The position numbers were made by a program, and so were the translations under genes. DNA of 64,000 nucleotides, from the NCBI RefSeq assembly GCF_009834535.1, contig NC_045697.1, positions 66,218,001-66,282,000 of the forward strand. Reading direction: 5' to 3'. Origin of the DNA: Camelus ferus (taxonomy: Eukaryota). Position 1 is the stretch's first letter, and the number at the start of each line of letters is the position of its first letter. Below are positions 61,760-64,000 of this stretch, one piece after another. The notes under the pieces are model-generated. The model was not told where the DNA came from. It searched no databases and saw nothing but the letters and a program-made list of their open reading frames with translations.

Positions 61760-62090
61760 TTCCCCTTTTACTTACATGGTAGCATATTATACACAGGTTC
61801 TACACAGTGCTTTTTTCTCAACAATTTACCATGGAGAACTTTACCTGTTAATATATGTTTTATTTTTAGCAGCTGTATAGAGTTCTTTCGTAGGGAAGTA
61901 ACCTTTCGTTAAGCAATCCCCTATTGAAGAGCATTTATATTGTTTCTAGTATTGCTATTATAAGTAATGCTGCAGTGGATATAATATACATAATTATATA
62001 TATACTTTTTGATAGGTTGTGCCAATTTACACTTTTGTACAGTACATGAAAATCCCTATTCCCCCTACTAGCAAACTTTTGGATTTTTGC
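61760..62090 (-). mobile_element. Old L1 (L1ME-type) fragment in PDLIM5 intron 2
   Basis: ATGGTAGCATATTATACAC...TGCTTTTTCTCAACAAT...CCCTATTGAAGAGCATTT...TTGCTATTATAAGTAATGCTGCAGTG. Confidence 0.7.
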
Positions 62091-62099
62091 CAGGTTCTT

Positions 62100-62232
62100 T
62101 ACCTGCACCCTTTCATTTAGTTCTCACACCAGCCTGTGAAGTAGTGGTGTTATTCTCATTGTATGGAACTGTGCTGTGAGCTCACATGGCTGGTGTGGAA
62201 GGGCTGGCTTTGAAGCATTATACTGTGCTGCC
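62100..62232 (-). mobile_element. MIR fragment
   Basis: TCATTTAGTTCTCACACCAGCCTGTGAAGTAG...TATTCTCATT. Confidence 0.55.
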
Positions 62233-64000
62233 TCCCTAATAATAAGCTTTGTCTTAAATTAGGTAGATTGTTTCTCAGGTTAGGTATTTAGAAGGTTATC
62301 TTTTATTTTAATTGTATATGTATAAATATTTACAAACATATACAGATATACACACGACACTTCTTACAGTATATGTATAGCCACCTTGATTTTGAAAGAT
62401 TAAAAATAAGTTTGTAACAATTACATATCTCTATTAAAATGCTTCAAATCCCAATTCACTAGTGAAGTTTTCCTTGTTTCTTGGCTGTGGATTTTTAAAT
62501 ACCTTTATCACCGAATTCCATCTTGATTCCAGTTACTCAGATTTTTACAAGGAAGCACATATATGTAATCCAGCCTGCAAGTTTTAAGGCTTCGTGGCTG
62601 GGTGAAAATGTAAATGTAAAGCATCCATGTAAAAATGTGTCTTGTAGATTTATTCTTCTTGGAGGGAAGCAGTGTTTTTCTTCCCCTCCTAATAAAGAGC
62701 TAATACGAAGAAAGGAACAATATTTGAACATTGTCTGTTTTCACATTCTGGTAGCATTCTTCTATATTGAATTTGACTATCCTAGTTTATGATAATAGAC
62801 TAAAGAAAAGTATTGTTTAAATACTTCCATTTTTGCTGGAAAAAAGTCCAGAAACAAATTGACACCTAAATGAAACAGACTTAATCATCACTTTGTTGTA
62901 TGATTATAGAGGTGCAAATGGATTATGTACATTTTGTGGTGCCATGCCTTTAAAAGAATTTTCTGTGCTTCAGTTCCCTGGCCAACAATTTGAGCTCCAT
63001 GTTGTGATGCTGATACAACAGAACACTGTGTACATACATAGGCGCCCTCCCCTGGCACAGAAGAAATGCTTTCCTTGTGTAGACAGAGTGCTAATTAAAG
63101 GATTTTGAACATACTGATTAGAAGAGACTACGGTAACAAAGCTGCTGAGTTATTTCTGTTCTCTTACAAAAGTCTCTGCCATCTCCGGTGACCTTGTTGG
63201 GTCTTGTGCAGCGGGGCATGCAGTTCGTTCTGGACTGGGGAGGATGGGAACGGGAGGAGGAGGAGAGGGAATGTTGGCTTAACTGAGCTGCTAGGCTGTT
63301 GGCCTTTCATTGTAGTTATTTTTAACCCCTTGTGTGGTTCAGCTTAAACATGCCTGGTAACATTCCCTAATAAAGATGTGTGCCTAATAACCAAGTTATA
63401 TTGTGGCAGTAAGATTATTAATGTTATACCTCATCTTAATTAGTTATCTGGTTATATTTATTATGCCTTAATTATCTAAAATTGTTGTAATATATTTCAG
63501 TGATCACCAGATGATTTAATTAATAGTATCAAGAAGCAATTAAAACCTGAAAGCATGCCTGAAAAAATGTAATTTAGTGATTCTCTTATTTTAATAATGT
63601 GTATAAAATTCTTAACAAGGTCTGGCACGGTATTCTCTCAGTTGTTATTTTTTACAATTGTATGAAATTCAAAAGAAAATTATTTAGAGACTTGAAACAT
63701 CAAATCCCCCAAAATTATAGGAAACAGTAGTTATATGTGTTTTTTAATTTACAGTCTGTTGGAATTGAAAAAGAAACAAAATTGCAAGTTTGTACTTAGC
63801 TAGGAACCTGTATCTTTATTATATATAGAGTTCAGAAGTACACAATTTTTCCTCTGGTCAGGTATCATTATGTTGAACTCCAAAGGGCTGTTTATGTTCC
63901 CTTATAATACCGGAATGCAGAGATATCAAATGTATTTGAGATGAATAAGCCATTGGTTGGGACTTGAACTTTCTGTTTTCTTGAGATTTTGTTGTTACCA

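Overview
Mammalian (eutherian) genomic DNA, most likely a camelid (alpaca, llama or camel), judged from three tRNA-derived SINEs resembling camelid Vic-1 and no recognisable Alu, Bov-A/Bov-B or PRE-1 copies. About 57 kb is AT-rich, repeat-dense intergenic sequence (L1, L2, CR1/L3, MIR, MamSINE1, MaLR/ERV-L LTRs, hAT MITEs, microsatellites). The only gene I can support is the 5' end of PDLIM5 (ENH) on the + strand: a CpG-island promoter (~57.27-58.45 kb), a non-coding exon 1 ending at 57541, and exon 2 (60843-60980) with the ATG and the first 32 codons of the PDZ domain. Nearly all ORFs in the track are repeat-derived or spurious. I found no convincing novel biological system. The best leads are modest: three internally deleted L1s with breakpoints in the same ~90 bp of ORF2, a ~716-bp repeat mosaic bracketed by an exact 15-bp direct repeat, an unidentified retrocopy-like island at 32.3-33.0 kb, short duplications that multiply transcription-factor motifs, and MEF2/CArG/CTCF sites. 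Repeat family names come from recalled consensus sequences, not a search, and repeat boundaries are approximate unless a target-site duplication (TSD) is given.
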